64,000 nucleotides of DNA from Firmicutes bacterium UBA5493 (GCA_002424045.1 DIPH01000038.1:12686-76685), one strand, 5' to 3'. Numbered from the stretch's first letter, positions 1-10,199 are shown. Notes: generated from the sequence alone by a model not told the origin. Numbers and translations: made by a program.

Positions 1-1
1 A

Positions 2-1303
2 GCAAAAGTGACAAGTTTTTCTACATATTCAGTGCTAGACGCTGAGGTTGTTCAGGCAGTAACCTCGGCGGTAAACGAAATTTATCCTGTAGCAGAGGGA
101 ACAGAAATTGCACTTCATTCAGATACCGAAGGTGCCCAGATATATTTTAGTACAACAAGCCCTGATTACCCTGGGGATTTTGAGCTCTATGAGACACCCT
201 TGATCATGCCCAATGAACACTTTGAGATTCACGCTTTAGCAGTTAAACCTAATATGATCAATAGCGAGATTCGAAGATTTCGCTATAGACCTGATACCAT
301 CACTATTACCGTGGTCGATGAGTTGGGTAAGGGCTTTGAAGGTGTGAATCTGAGTTTTACAGATGGATCTGGTGTTATTCAAACGGATAGCAAAGGTATC
401 GCAGTATTTAAGACAACGGCAACTGATACAATTGTAGTTCCGTCATTGACTGGCTATTTTTTTGAGCCAAGAGCTTTGATTGCCGAAAAAGGAGATAGCA
501 TTGAGTTTGTTGCTTCGCCCATAACGGTGCTACCGTTGCCATCTTCGAATAGAGAATTAACCTTTAATCCTGTCGTCTTTCGTGACTCGAGTAGGTTAAA
601 TCCCTTCGCTTCTCTCGTTATTAGAGAGGCCATGAATCAACTCATCGACAGAGAATTTCTTGCCAATGAGATAAGAGGTAATTTTCAACCAATCGTAACA
701 TTCATCCCCCCCGGATCGTTTGAATATGGATTTATGTCAGACGTTATGGCTGAGTTAGAAAGTAAGTACGCCTACAATAAAGCTAAAGCGCAGGCCATAA
801 TTAAGGACGAGATGGAGAGAATGGGTGCCGAATTAATTAACGATAGATGGCACTACAGTAGTAAAGTAGTGGAGTTGATCTTTATTATTCGATCGGAGGA
901 TGAGCGTACCGAGATAGGAGACTATATTGCTGATCAATTAGAATCAATTGGGTTTGCTATTGATCGGAGGTATATGACTGGTTCTATGAGTAGCCCGATC
1001 TGGATGAATGGTGATCCCTATGAGGGTTTATTCCACCTTTATACGGGGGGTTGGACTGGATCACGACATGCGATTTTTCACGGCCATCTATTGGAGCAAA
1101 TGTACACCTCTCTGACAATGAGCCAAGCTTTGTGGCAAGCATATGAGCCCACACAAGAACTGGTAGATGCGGCAGAGCGGATGTTGGTTCAAAAGTTCGA
1201 CTCTACACAGGAGCGTAAGGATGTATTTGCCACCGGGTTAAGGCTAGCTTTACAAGATTCCGTGAGGATTTGGCTGCTATCTGATGATCAGGTGAGTGAT
1301 TGA
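2..1303 (+). CDS. Partial (5' end outside window) secreted multidomain protein. It has Ig/Fn3-type surface modules followed by the C-terminal lobe of a family-5 (peptide/nickel type) solute-binding-protein fold.
   Basis: The frame is open from the window edge. The translation contains NPFASLVIREAMNQLIDREFL, a KAKAQAIIKDEMERMG...VELIFIIRSEDERTEIGDYIADQLESIGFAI block and GDPYEGLFHLYTGGWTG, all typical of the second half of SBP_bac_5. The first ~180 aa look like beta-sandwich modules. G+C is visibly lower than in neighbouring genes. Confidence 0.4.
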   Translation, partial: AKVTSFSTYSVLDAEVVQAVTSAVNEIYPVAEGTEIALHSDTEGAQIYFSTTSPDYPGDFELYETPLIMPNEHFEIHALAVKPNMINSEIRRFRYRPDTITITVVDELGKGFEGVNLSFTDGSGVIQTDSKGIAVFKTTATDTIVVPSLTGYFFEPRALIAEKGDSIEFVASPITVLPLPSSNRELTFNPVVFRDSSRLNPFASLVIREAMNQLIDREFLANEIRGNFQPIVTFIPPGSFEYGFMSDVMAELESKYAYNKAKAQAIIKDEMERMGAELINDRWHYSSKVVELIFIIRSEDERTEIGDYIADQLESIGFAIDRRYMTGSMSSPIWMNGDPYEGLFHLYTGGWTGSRHAIFHGHLLEQMYTSLTMSQALWQAYEPTQELVDAAERMLVQKFDSTQERKDVFATGLRLALQDSVRIWLLSDDQVSD

Positions 1304-1341
1304 GAAGACCCCTTGTCTTAAACTATGAGAGGATTAGCGCT

Positions 1342-1376
1342 ACAGACCGGGTCACTATCATGCCCGGTCTGTTTTG
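1342..1376 (+). terminator. Rho-independent terminator after the partial surface-protein gene
   Basis: 10-bp stem ACAGACCGGG / CCCGGTCTGT with an 11-nt loop, followed by TTTTG. Confidence 0.7.
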
Positions 1377-1416
1377 CGCATGGCCAGGTGCTCAACAGGC
1401 CTAGGACCGATTGCTA

Positions 1417-1446
1417 TTGACATGGTTTTGTTAAGTACGATATAAT
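1417..1446 (+). promoter_or_regulatory. SigmaA-type promoter of the rpmH operon
   Basis: TTGACA (1417-1422), an 18-nt spacer, then TATAAT (1441-1446), about 45 nt upstream of the rpmH start. Confidence 0.65.
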
Positions 1447-1489
1447 CGCTTTGAGTGTCGCTTGCTTTGTTGTGAAAGGGGGAAGACTT

Positions 1490-1624
1490 GTGAAGAGGAC
1501 GTATCAACCTAAGAATCGTAGAAGAAAACGCCTGCATGGCTTTCGCGCAAGGATGAAGACTACAGCTGGTCGCAGGGTTTTAGCCCGCAGGCGGACAAGA
1601 GGGCGCAAGGCTCTCTCTGCTTAA
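1490..1624 (+). CDS. rpmH: 50S ribosomal protein L34 (absent from the ORF track because it is only 44 aa)
   Basis: GTG start preceded by GAAAGGGGGAAG. Translation is [44 protein letters not shown], the canonical L34 sequence. It lies directly upstream of rnpA. Confidence 0.95.
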   Translation: MKRTYQPKNRRRKRLHGFRARMKTTAGRRVLARRRTRGRKALSA

Positions 1625-1655
1625 TGGGTAGTTTGGACGCTCGGGAGGTTTTGAG

Positions 1656-2024
1656 GTGGAGCGTTTAAAGAATCCTCAGGAGTTTAGTGTAGTCTATAAA
1701 CAGGGGAAACCTCACTTTGGTAAATATGTGGTAGTCTCTGTCCTACCCATAGACAGAAGTGTCTCGCGGGTAGGTTTTGCCGTAGGCAAAAAGGTTGGGA
1801 ACGCGGTGACTCGCAACAAAATCAAAAGAAGGCTCAGGGCAATTATGCAGAGCCAGGCTGGGCACGTATCCCCTGGATTTGATATAATTATTGGAGCTAA
1901 ACAGAAGTCGGTCACCGCAAGCTTCAAGGAGTTAGAAGACGATTTATGCCGAGTGCTAAAATATTCGGGCCTCGTGGCCTTAGGTCGGAGTGAATCCACC
2001 AAGGTTGGTGAAGAGCATGCTTAA
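1656..2024 (+). CDS. rnpA: Ribonuclease P protein component
   Basis: GTG start 7 nt after GGGAGG. The motif [24 protein letters not shown] is typical of RnpA, and the rpmH-rnpA-yidD-yidC synteny fits. Confidence 0.9.
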   Translation: MERLKNPQEFSVVYKQGKPHFGKYVVVSVLPIDRSVSRVGFAVGKKVGNAVTRNKIKRRLRAIMQSQAGHVSPGFDIIIGAKQKSVTASFKELEDDLCRVLKYSGLVALGRSESTKVGEEHA

Positions 2025-2223
2025 GGTGGCGCTCTTTTTCATTAGGGGGTACCAAAGGTTTATCTCACCGGTTTTACCTCGTAGTTGCCGGTTTTACCCC
2101 ACTTGTTCTGAATATGCCATCCAGGCCATAAACAAGCATGGATGGAAGGGACTGTGGTTGGCCATAAAGAGAATTGGCAGATGCCATCCTTGGCATCCGG
2201 GTGGTTATGATCCCGTTCCTTAG
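2017..2223 (+). CDS. yidD: Membrane protein insertion efficiency factor YidD
   Basis: [57 protein letters not shown] is the YidD signature. The ATG at 2017 overlaps the rnpA stop (ATGCTTAA). The track's alternative GTG is at 1990. Confidence 0.9.
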   Translation: MLKVALFFIRGYQRFISPVLPRSCRFYPTCSEYAIQAINKHGWKGLWLAIKRIGRCHPWHPGGYDPVP

Positions 2224-2245
2224 TTGATTGGAGGGCTTTACCTTG

Positions 2246-2857
2246 ATGGATTTTATTGCCGGTGGGCTGGGCTGGGTACTTGAGCAAATCGTGGCGGTAA
2301 CGCACAGTTACGGACTCGGTATCATTCTTACCACAATTATTGTTCGTTTGTTGCTTTTTCCCCTCACATTGAGTCAAAACAAGAACATGGTAGCCATGCG
2401 TAAGATACAGCCAGAGATAAACGAGATTAATAAAAAGTACGCGAATAATAAGGAAGAGCAACAGAAGCTCACAATGGAGCTCTATCAGAAGCATAAGATA
2501 AACCCCTTAGGTGGGTGTCTGCCTATGCTCGTGCAACTGCCTATTTTATGGGCTTTCTTCCGGGTGCTACAGAATATTCCCGCCGATGAGACAGCCGTAT
2601 TCTTTGGGCTTTGGGTACTCAGTAAAGCGGATCCGTTCTATATTTTCCCCATCTTAGCCTCGGCAACTACGTTTTTGCAGAGTAAGCTGACCATGACGGG
2701 AGATGCCACACAGAAGTCCATGTTGATTGTGATGCCACTTATGATTGGGTTTTTCAGCTTGAACTTACCCTCTGGGTTGGTCTTGTATTGGATTACTAGC
2801 AATGTGTTTTCCATTGTGCAACAGGCGTGGATCAATAAGTTGTATCCCGTGAATTAA
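2246..2857 (+). CDS. yidC: YidC/Oxa1 family membrane protein insertase (SpoIIIJ-like)
   Basis: Multi-TM protein with QPEINEINKKY...Q.....LYQKHKINPLGGCLPMLVQLPILWAFF and GLVLYWITSNVFSIVQ. The ATG at 2246 is 10 nt after GGAGGG; the track's TTG is at 2228. Confidence 0.9.
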   Translation: MDFIAGGLGWVLEQIVAVTHSYGLGIILTTIIVRLLLFPLTLSQNKNMVAMRKIQPEINEINKKYANNKEEQQKLTMELYQKHKINPLGGCLPMLVQLPILWAFFRVLQNIPADETAVFFGLWVLSKADPFYIFPILASATTFLQSKLTMTGDATQKSMLIVMPLMIGFFSLNLPSGLVLYWITSNVFSIVQQAWINKLYPVN

Positions 2858-2869
2858 GGGGGCCGAACA

Positions 2870-3499
2870 ATGAAGTCGATAGAAGTAGTAGCTCGGACGG
2901 TGGAGGAAGCCATCGCCGAAGCGCTTCGAGAGCTGCAAGTGGAGCGCGACGATGTTGAAGTGACGGTTCTAGAAGAAGGAAATAAGGGGTTTTTGGGGAT
3001 CCTAGGCTCGAAGCAGGCCAAGGTGCGTGTTGAGAAAAAAGTACCTGAATACGAGGTTAAGTTAGAGAAGGCCCTGGAGTTTTTGGGTGAACTCTTCGGG
3101 CATATGGGTCTTAATCCAGCCATCACTGGGCAGGCTGATGAAGAGAGCGTTAACCTGCGTATTCAGGGTGACGATTTGGGTATCTTAATCGGGCGCAGAG
3201 GGCAGACCCTCGATAGCCTGCAATACATTACCAGCCTGGCGGTTAATCGTCAGGGCGGCGATTGGATGAGAATTAACCTTGACATTGGCGACTATCGGGC
3301 GAAACGCGAAGAAACCTTACGTTCTTTAGCCCAAAGGGCGGCCATGAAGGTCGAGTCCTCAGGCCGCAGGGTGGCTTTGGATGCCATGAGTGCAGCTGAA
3401 CGGCGCATCGTCCATCAGGAGCTGCAGAACTTTGGAGGGGTAATAACCCAGAGCGAAGGGCAAGATCCCTATCGCCGCGTAATTATTCTTCCCGAATAA
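2870..3499 (+). CDS. jag: Jag/KhpB RNA-binding protein (Jag_N, KH and R3H domains)
   Basis: An N-terminal MKSIEVVARTVEEAIAEALREL Jag_N-like segment, a GRRGQTLDSLQYI KH motif, and a C-terminal AAERRIVHQELQ R3H motif. It follows yidC as in Firmicutes generally. Confidence 0.88.
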   Translation: MKSIEVVARTVEEAIAEALRELQVERDDVEVTVLEEGNKGFLGILGSKQAKVRVEKKVPEYEVKLEKALEFLGELFGHMGLNPAITGQADEESVNLRIQGDDLGILIGRRGQTLDSLQYITSLAVNRQGGDWMRINLDIGDYRAKREETLRSLAQRAAMKVESSGRRVALDAMSAAERRIVHQELQNFGGVITQSEGQDPYRRVIILPE

Positions 3500-3605
3500 A
3501 TGGTGAGCTGATGTAGAATTTTGGGGCGTGGCAGAGTGAACGAAAACGTTCATTTTGTACGCTCTTTTTTTGTTCTGTGGTAGAATAATAGCTGAGGTGA
3601 TGGCG

Positions 3606-4997
3606 ATGAAAGAATTAACCATTGCAGCTGTGGCTACCCCCCTAGGCGAAGGGGGTATAGGCGTTGTGCGCCTCAGTGGTCCTGAAGCTCTAGCTATCGC
3701 CGATGGGGTCTTCCAAGGGAGGCAAGGAGGAAAACTCAGTGATCCCAGATGTGATCGGCTGCGCTATGGTAAAGTGGTAGATCCCAGAACCGGAAGGACG
3801 GTGGATGAAGCCTTAGCTTTAGTTATGCGTGCCCCCCACTCCTATACTGCAGAGGATGTGGTAGAGCTCCAGTGTCACGGTGGTGTTGTTGTGGTACAGG
3901 AAGTCTTGGCCCTTTGCTTAAAGCTAGGGGCTAAGATGGCTGAGCCTGGAGAGTTTACGAAACGGGCCTTCTTGAACGGCCGCTTGGATTTGAGCCAGGC
4001 CGAGGCCGTGATGGATCTTGTCCGTTCCCCCACCCGCCTTGGGTTGGAAGTTGCGGTGGATCAACTAGAAGGAAGTTTGAGCCGGCGTATCAAGGGGCTT
4101 CAAGAGAACTTGTATCAAATCATGGTGCAGGTAGAGGCCAGCATTGACTTTCCAGAAGATGATCTGCCTGAGGTTGAACTTCAGGAGATAGAACATACGC
4201 TCAAGCATACCTTGGCTGAAATCGCAGACCTTTTAGATACAGCCGATGATGGGAGAATCCTGCGGGAGGGCCTAAAGACCGTAATTACCGGTAAGCCGAA
4301 TGTGGGAAAATCGAGCCTCTTAAATACATTACTCGATGAGGATAGGGCCCTAGTTACTGACATTCCTGGAACCACAAGAGATAGCATTGAAGAAGTGGTG
4401 AATCTGCGGGGTGTGCCCTTACGCCTGATTGACACCGCGGGGATTAGAGAGAGTGTTGATGTGGTAGAACAGCTTGGCGTAGCACGGAGCCTGGACCTTC
4501 TTAAAGAGGCTGATTTGGTCTTGCATGTCCTAGACCGTAGTGAAGCCCTTACCGAGGATGATTTTGAAGTGTTGAGGCGTACTCATGACACTAGACGAGT
4601 TGTGTTGATTAATAAAGTAGACTTGCCGGCCCTGTGGGATGTGGAAGACTTGGGAGATGTGGCGAATTCGCCTGTTTTAGAAATGTCCCTTCTTAAGGAA
4701 AACCGCCAGGTTGTCCAGGGCCTAAGTGACGTTATCTTAAGCCTTGTAGCTAGGGACCGTATTACAAGCGCGGCTGGCTCCCGGGCCCTCATAACCCGCA
4801 CCAGACATAAGCAAGCTCTGCAAGAAGCCGAGAGTGTTCTCAAGGAATCTTTGGGGACACTCAATCAAGGCCTACCCCTTGATTTAATTGCAGTGGACTT
4901 GTATGCGGCTTTGGAGCACTTAGGGGAAATAACTGGGGAAACGGTGCGGGAGAACGTCCTAGACCGCATTTTTGCCCAATTTTGCATAGGCAAGTAG
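3606..4997 (+). CDS. mnmE: tRNA modification GTPase MnmE (TrmE/ThdF)
   Basis: G1 motif [24 protein letters not shown], and the C-terminal FCIGK end typical of MnmE. The ATG at 3606 is 6-7 nt after GAGGTG; the ORF-track start at 3555 is probably too far upstream. Confidence 0.92.
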   Translation: MKELTIAAVATPLGEGGIGVVRLSGPEALAIADGVFQGRQGGKLSDPRCDRLRYGKVVDPRTGRTVDEALALVMRAPHSYTAEDVVELQCHGGVVVVQEVLALCLKLGAKMAEPGEFTKRAFLNGRLDLSQAEAVMDLVRSPTRLGLEVAVDQLEGSLSRRIKGLQENLYQIMVQVEASIDFPEDDLPEVELQEIEHTLKHTLAEIADLLDTADDGRILREGLKTVITGKPNVGKSSLLNTLLDEDRALVTDIPGTTRDSIEEVVNLRGVPLRLIDTAGIRESVDVVEQLGVARSLDLLKEADLVLHVLDRSEALTEDDFEVLRRTHDTRRVVLINKVDLPALWDVEDLGDVANSPVLEMSLLKENRQVVQGLSDVILSLVARDRITSAAGSRALITRTRHKQALQEAESVLKESLGTLNQGLPLDLIAVDLYAALEHLGEITGETVRENVLDRIFAQFCIGK

Positions 4998-5013
4998 TAG
5001 GAAGGGGTTAACT

Positions 5014-6879
5014 ATGCCTCAGAGTTATGACGTGATTGTGGTTGGAGCGGGACATGCCGGAGTCGAAGCAGCACTAGCTGCCGCACGCATGGGTCAGAGG
5101 GTGGTCATTTTTACCTTGAATTTGGATAATGTGGCCTTGCTGCCCTGTAACCCTAGCATTGGAGGATCGGGTAAGGCTACTTTGGTCCGGGAAGTTGATG
5201 CCCTAGGTGGTGAGATGGCCAAGAACTGTGATGCCACCTTGATGCAAATGCGCATGTTAAACACGAGGCGCGGACCTGCGGTGCAGTCCCTTCGCGTGCA
5301 GCTTGATCGCAAGCTTTACCAAAGACGCATGAAAAACATCTTAGAAACCACCGATAGTGTGTATCTTAAGGAAGCACTGGTTACAGATTTACTCGTGGAA
5401 AAGGGGGCGATTAAGGGCGTTATTCTCCGTGGGGGTGTTAGGGTTTATGCACCTTGTGTAATCTTGGCCACCGGCACGTACTTGCGGGCCATCATTCACA
5501 TTGGCGAACTACAATATGAGTCTGGGCCCCAAGGACAGCATGCGGCAGTGGACTTAGCTGATGCTCTCGGGAAGTGGCTTCCCATCGTGCGCTTCAAGAC
5601 TGGTACTCCTCCCCGGGTGAACCTCCGCTCTCTTAATTATGATCAATTGGAGAAACTACCGGGTGATCCGAATATTTCTGGTTTCTCCTTTGAAACAAAC
5701 AGCCTAGATATTGAGCAAATCCCTTGCTGGGTGACGTTTACGACACAAGAGACCCATCGTATTATCCGCGAGAACCTGAGTCGCACATCCATGTATAGTG
5801 GTGCCATTACTGGAGCAGGTCCCCGCTATTGCCCTTCTATTGAAAGCAAAATTGTAGAGTTTCCTGACCGGGAGAGCCACCAGATTTTCATTGAACCTGA
5901 GGGATGGCAGACCAATGAAGCTTACTTGAGCGGGGTCTCTACATCCCTACCCTATGAAGTGCAAGAGGAGATGCTCAAAACCATTCCGGGCTTTGAGGAT
6001 GTGGAAATTCTGCGGCCCGCCTATGCCATCGAATACGACTGCATTGATCCCTTAGCCCTCAGGGCTTCCTTAGAAAGCAAGGATGTTTCTGGACTCTTTT
6101 TTGCAGGACAGATCAATGGTACTTCGGGCTATGAAGAGGCTGCGGCTCAAGGTATTATAGCCGGTATTAACGCGTCCCGTTTTTTGCGAGGTCAAGATGC
6201 TGTAATTATTCCCCGCTCCCAAGGATATATTGGGGTTTTAATTGATGATTTGGTCACAAAGGGTGTTACGGAGCCCTATCGTATGATGACCTCCCGCTCG
6301 GAGTACCGCCTTTCTTTGCGTATGGATAACGCCGATGCACGCTTCACCCCCCTTGGCTATTCCCTGGGACTGATTTCCCCAGAGCGCTATGGGGCCTTCG
6401 AGAGCAAAATGGCCCAAGTCAATGAAGAGGTGGAGCGCTTGAATAAGACTATCTTAGGAGGCACTCCTGAAGTCAATGACAAGCTCACGGCACTTGGAAC
6501 AGCTCCCCTCAAGCACGGAGTGAACTTGGCGGATCTATTGCGTCGTCCCGAATTAAAGTACGTGGATCTAGGTCACTTTACCGAGTTACCCAACCTACCT
6601 CCCCTGGTAGCGGAACAAGTGGAAATCCAAGTCAAGTACCACGGCTATTTGGCGCGGCAAGACTCGGCTATTGAACGGTTTGAAAAGATGGAAAAAAAAC
6701 GATTGCCCCTGGATTTCCCTTATGAGGAGATCAAGGGCCTTTCAAGAGAAGCGGCCACGAGGCTGAGTGAAATCAAGCCAAGTTCCGTTGGCCAGGCTTC
6801 TAGGGTTTCTGGGGTAAATCCCGCCGATATTAGTGTCTTGTTGGTTTATCTCGAACAACAGCAACGGAGGTCAGATTAA
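5014..6879 (+). CDS. mnmG: tRNA uridine 5-carboxymethylaminomethyl modification enzyme MnmG (GidA)
   Basis: FAD motif [39 protein letters not shown], 621 aa. The mnmE-mnmG-rsmG synteny fits. Confidence 0.95.
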   Translation: MPQSYDVIVVGAGHAGVEAALAAARMGQRVVIFTLNLDNVALLPCNPSIGGSGKATLVREVDALGGEMAKNCDATLMQMRMLNTRRGPAVQSLRVQLDRKLYQRRMKNILETTDSVYLKEALVTDLLVEKGAIKGVILRGGVRVYAPCVILATGTYLRAIIHIGELQYESGPQGQHAAVDLADALGKWLPIVRFKTGTPPRVNLRSLNYDQLEKLPGDPNISGFSFETNSLDIEQIPCWVTFTTQETHRIIRENLSRTSMYSGAITGAGPRYCPSIESKIVEFPDRESHQIFIEPEGWQTNEAYLSGVSTSLPYEVQEEMLKTIPGFEDVEILRPAYAIEYDCIDPLALRASLESKDVSGLFFAGQINGTSGYEEAAAQGIIAGINASRFLRGQDAVIIPRSQGYIGVLIDDLVTKGVTEPYRMMTSRSEYRLSLRMDNADARFTPLGYSLGLISPERYGAFESKMAQVNEEVERLNKTILGGTPEVNDKLTALGTAPLKHGVNLADLLRRPELKYVDLGHFTELPNLPPLVAEQVEIQVKYHGYLARQDSAIERFEKMEKKRLPLDFPYEEIKGLSREAATRLSEIKPSSVGQASRVSGVNPADISVLLVYLEQQQRRSD

Positions 6880-7610
6880 TGGACTTTGATGTTACACTCT
6901 TCCAATCGGCCTTACTACAAGGATTAGAGGAATGGGAATTAGAGGAGCTATCAAGCTCCCTCCCTGCCTTTACCCGCTTTGCCGAGTCCATTGTGGAGAC
7001 GAACCAGACCCTAAACTTGACCCGGCTCGTAGGTCCTGAGGAGATGGCGGTGAAGAACATCGTGGATAGCCTGGGCCTTTTGCGTTTGGAATGGCCCTTA
7101 ACTACGAGCTGCCTTGATTTGGGAACCGGTGCAGGTTTTCCAGGAGTCCCTTTGGCCCTTTGCCGTCCGAGATGGTCTGTTGTGCTCTTGGATTCACTCC
7201 GCAAACGCCTGCGCTTTCTAGAGGGGGCCGCAAGGGACTTAGGAATCACCAATGTAACCACTTTGCACGCGAGGGCTGAAGATGCCGGTCAAGACGAAAA
7301 TCACAGGCAAACATATGATCTGGTTGTCAGTCGGGCGGTAGCTCTCTTGCCTGTTCTTTTGGAATTGGCCACCCCCTTGGTCAAGGTAGGCGGCTGTTTT
7401 GTTGCTTATAAGTCAAGTGAAGCACATACAGAGCTTAAGGAAAGCTCTGGTGCCATGGGGAAACTCAACGTAGGGTTAGAACAAGTGTTCGAAATGGATT
7501 TACCCTTTTCTATGGGGGAACGTAGTTTATTGGTGTTTCGAAAATACGCACCCACTCCCCAAGCCTATCCCCGCAGAGCAGGATTACCCAATAAGCAACC
7601 CCTACAATAA
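6879..7610 (+). CDS. rsmG: 16S rRNA (guanine527-N7)-methyltransferase RsmG (GidB)
   Basis: SAM motif LDLGTGAGFPGVPLAL. The start overlaps the mnmG stop (TAATG), and the position after mnmG fits. Confidence 0.9.
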   Translation: MDFDVTLFQSALLQGLEEWELEELSSSLPAFTRFAESIVETNQTLNLTRLVGPEEMAVKNIVDSLGLLRLEWPLTTSCLDLGTGAGFPGVPLALCRPRWSVVLLDSLRKRLRFLEGAARDLGITNVTTLHARAEDAGQDENHRQTYDLVVSRAVALLPVLLELATPLVKVGGCFVAYKSSEAHTELKESSGAMGKLNVGLEQVFEMDLPFSMGERSLLVFRKYAPTPQAYPRRAGLPNKQPLQ

Positions 7611-7727
7611 GGAGCATTAGAGGAGTCTCGTTCAAGGAACGGAGACTCCCTTTTGTTTTGGTGTATATGGGAAGGAACTCGCCTCTCTATACAGAATTAC
7701 AATATTAACTGGGAATGGGGTGAGTCT

Positions 7728-8606
7728 ATGAAGTTAACGGAGGTTCTGTTGAATCGAAAGCGCTCAGAGGGGCCGAAGGATGAAGCCTTCGATAGCTGGA
7801 GCGAGACGGTTCAAGCGCTTCCTATCCACCTTATCGGCGCCGGCAAGTACCAACCGAGGCAGGAATTTGCTCAAGAGGCTTTGGAGGAGTTGGCCGAATC
7901 CATCAAGACCCATGGTCTCTTGCAGCCAGTCGTGGTTCGCCGGGGTGCCATTGGTTATGAACTAATTGTAGGTGAGCGACGGCTGCGGGCCTGCAAAGAT
8001 CTAGGTTGGGAAGTGATTCCCGCCATCGTTCGAGATGTGGACGACCGGGAAGCAGCTGAGCTTGCCCTGATTGAGAATCTGCAGCGTTCTGATCTCCATG
8101 TCTTTGAAATCGCCGAAGGTTACGAGAGGCTCTTGACAGAATTCGAGTTGACCCAGGACGAACTGGCAACCAGACTAGGAATAAGTCAAGCTAACATAGC
8201 TAACAAGATACGCTTGCTGAGACTTCCCACACAAGTGCGGGACATTATTTCCCGGGAAATGCTTAGCGAACGCCATGGTCGGGCCCTTCTGCGTCTGGCG
8301 AATTTGGAGCAGCAACTCCAGGTGCTAGAAAGAGTTGTTGCGGACGATCTCAGCGTTAAGCAGACAGAAGAGCTTGTGACATCCTTCTTGGATCCGCAGA
8401 ACTCCAAGGGAAAACGTGATAAGCCCGAGAAAAAGCGCAAGTTGATCATCAAGGACCTGCGCCTTTTTACGAATAGTGTGAGGCAACTTACCAATACCTT
8501 GCAGTCCAGCGGACTTGTTGTCAAGGTAGATGAACGAGAAAATGACGATATTTATGAGATTGTGGTAACGGTGCAAAAACCGCATGGGGGTGAAATGAAT
8601 GGCTAG
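7728..8606 (+). CDS. noc: Nucleoid occlusion protein Noc (ParB paralogue)
   Basis: ParB-box GERRLRAC. The HTH region QANIANKIRLLRLP...SERHGRALLRL resembles Bacillus Noc (ANK / ERH.RAL) rather than Spo0J. It lies upstream of soj-spo0J and contains an NBS palindrome. The ATG at 7728 follows a purine-rich site. Confidence 0.8.
   Translation: MKLTEVLLNRKRSEGPKDEAFDSWSETVQALPIHLIGAGKYQPRQEFAQEALEELAESIKTHGLLQPVVVRRGAIGYELIVGERRLRACKDLGWEVIPAIVRDVDDREAAELALIENLQRSDLHVFEIAEGYERLLTEFELTQDELATRLGISQANIANKIRLLRLPTQVRDIISREMLSERHGRALLRLANLEQQLQVLERVVADDLSVKQTEELVTSFLDPQNSKGKRDKPEKKRKLIIKDLRLFTNSVRQLTNTLQSSGLVVKVDERENDDIYEIVVTVQKPHGGEMNG
8247..8260. promoter_or_regulatory. Noc-binding site (NBS) palindrome inside noc
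   Basis: Exact 14-mer ATTTCCCGGGAAAT (context TATTTCCCGGGAAATG), identical to the B. subtilis NBS core. Confidence 0.7.
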
Positions 8607-9363
8607 AGTGATAGCAATCATTAATCAAAAGGGCGGCGTGGGAAAAAGCACCACAGCAGTGAATTTAGGAGCCTACCTAGCCCTGGCAGGCCAAAGGGTG
8701 CTCTTGGTGGATGTGGACCCCCAGGGCAATGCCTCCAGTGGAGTCGGGATAGACAAACGGAAAATTCGTCGCTGTATGTACTCTGTCTTAATCGATGGGG
8801 AGAAAATTGAGCGCATCATCGAGCCAACGGATATCCAGAACTTTCACGTGGCACCGGCCACCATAGACTTAGCTGGTGCAGAGATTGAGTTGGTGTCCAC
8901 GATTTCCAGGGAGTTTCGTCTCAAAAAGGCTCTAGAACTGGTGCAGGATCGATATGATTACGTAGTAATCGACGCCCCTCCCTCCTTAGGACTTTTGACG
9001 GTGAATGGGTTGACAGCGGCCAACTCAGTCTTGGTACCAATTCAATGTGAGTATTACGCTCTCGAAGGTCTGAGCCAATTGGTGAGTACCATCGCCATGG
9101 TGCAAGAACACCTTAACCCTGCTTTGGAGTGGGAAGGCGTGGTCATGACCATGTACGATGTGCGCACCAACCTATCCCAGCAGGTCATTGAGGATGTACA
9201 GACCTATTTTCAAAATACAGTGAGGGTGTACAAGTCCATCATTCCCCGTAACGTCCGTTTGGGCGAAGCACCGAGTTTCGGCCAGCCCATCGCACTCTAT
9301 GACCCAAAATCAAAGGGAGCCGAAGCCTACGAAAGCTTAGCGCAGGAGGTTTTGAACTCATGA
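8599..9363 (+). CDS. soj: Chromosome partitioning ATPase ParA/Soj
   Basis: Deviant Walker A NQKGGVGKSTTAVNLG, DVDPQGN, IDAPPSLG. It overlaps the noc stop and is followed by spo0J. Confidence 0.95.
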   Translation: MARVIAIINQKGGVGKSTTAVNLGAYLALAGQRVLLVDVDPQGNASSGVGIDKRKIRRCMYSVLIDGEKIERIIEPTDIQNFHVAPATIDLAGAEIELVSTISREFRLKKALELVQDRYDYVVIDAPPSLGLLTVNGLTAANSVLVPIQCEYYALEGLSQLVSTIAMVQEHLNPALEWEGVVMTMYDVRTNLSQQVIEDVQTYFQNTVRVYKSIIPRNVRLGEAPSFGQPIALYDPKSKGAEAYESLAQEVLNS

Positions 9364-10199
9364 GCACACAAAGATTGGGAAGGGGACTGCGGGCGCTCAT
9401 TCCTGAAGTGGAAGAAGCCGAAACCACCGGGGATATTCAGGAAATCTCTCTAGATCGCATTGAGTCTAATCCTTTTCAACCAAGGCAGCACTTTGACCCA
9501 GAAAAGCTGCAAGAATTGGCCCAGTCCATTGAGGAGTTTGGCCTACTTGAGCCGATCATTGTTCGGGAGCATGGCGCAAACTTTCAGCTCGTAGCCGGCG
9601 AGCGCAGGGTCCGGGCGGCGAGGTTAACTGGTCTTCGGGCTGTGCCTGCACTACTCCGTGATTTTTCCGATGTGGAAATGATGAAAGTAGCCCTCGTTGA
9701 GAATCTCCAGAGGGAAAACCTGAACCCCATTGAAGAGGCCGAAGGGTACCAAAGGCTTATGGACGAGTTTGGATTTACCCAAAGTCAGGTTGCTGAGGCC
9801 GTTGGTAAGAAGCGGCCCTCCGTGGCAAATGCACTCCGCCTTTTGAACTTGAGCGAGTCTGAGCAGCAAATGGTTCAGGACGGGCGGCTCTCCATGGGTC
9901 ATGCTAAGGTCCTCTTGGGAGTGAGTGACACTAAGAGGAGGGCGCAGCTGGCCAACAAGGTTGTGAAAGAAGAGTTGAGTGTGCGCCAGTTAGAGGAACT
10001 TTTGAAGAAGCCCAAGAGTGTTCCACGTGGAACATTCAAGATGAAGAGTCCTGAGTTGGTTGATTTGGAGGAGGATTTGCAGCGCATCTTCGGCACGAAG
10101 GTTTCCATGAGTTATCGGCAAGGTGCCGGGAGAATTTCTATCGAGTACTACTCCGATGAGGAGCTAGAACGGCTTCTGGAGATGATTCGAGGAATTTAG
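9360..10199 (+). CDS. spo0J: Chromosome partitioning protein ParB/Spo0J
   Basis: FQPRQHF, GERRVRAA, HTH SVANALRLLNL, SMGHAKVLLG. ATGA overlap with soj. A parS site lies in its 3' end. Confidence 0.95.
   Translation: MSTQRLGRGLRALIPEVEEAETTGDIQEISLDRIESNPFQPRQHFDPEKLQELAQSIEEFGLLEPIIVREHGANFQLVAGERRVRAARLTGLRAVPALLRDFSDVEMMKVALVENLQRENLNPIEEAEGYQRLMDEFGFTQSQVAEAVGKKRPSVANALRLLNLSESEQQMVQDGRLSMGHAKVLLGVSDTKRRAQLANKVVKEELSVRQLEELLKKPKSVPRGTFKMKSPELVDLEEDLQRIFGTKVSMSYRQGAGRISIEYYSDEELERLLEMIRGI
10019..10034. promoter_or_regulatory. parS centromere-like site 1 (inside the spo0J coding sequence)
   Basis: TGTTCCACGTGGAACA is a perfect 16-bp palindrome, one position away from the Firmicute parS consensus TGTTNCACGTGAAACA. 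Confidence 0.85.

Noticed and set aside
3500-3605. jag-mnmE spacer examined for DnaA boxes and a promoter
   Set aside because: B. subtilis has a DnaA-box cluster at this position, but here there is no 9-mer within one mismatch of TTATCCACA. The TTGTAC...TAGAAT pair is separated by 20 nt, too far for a confident promoter call.
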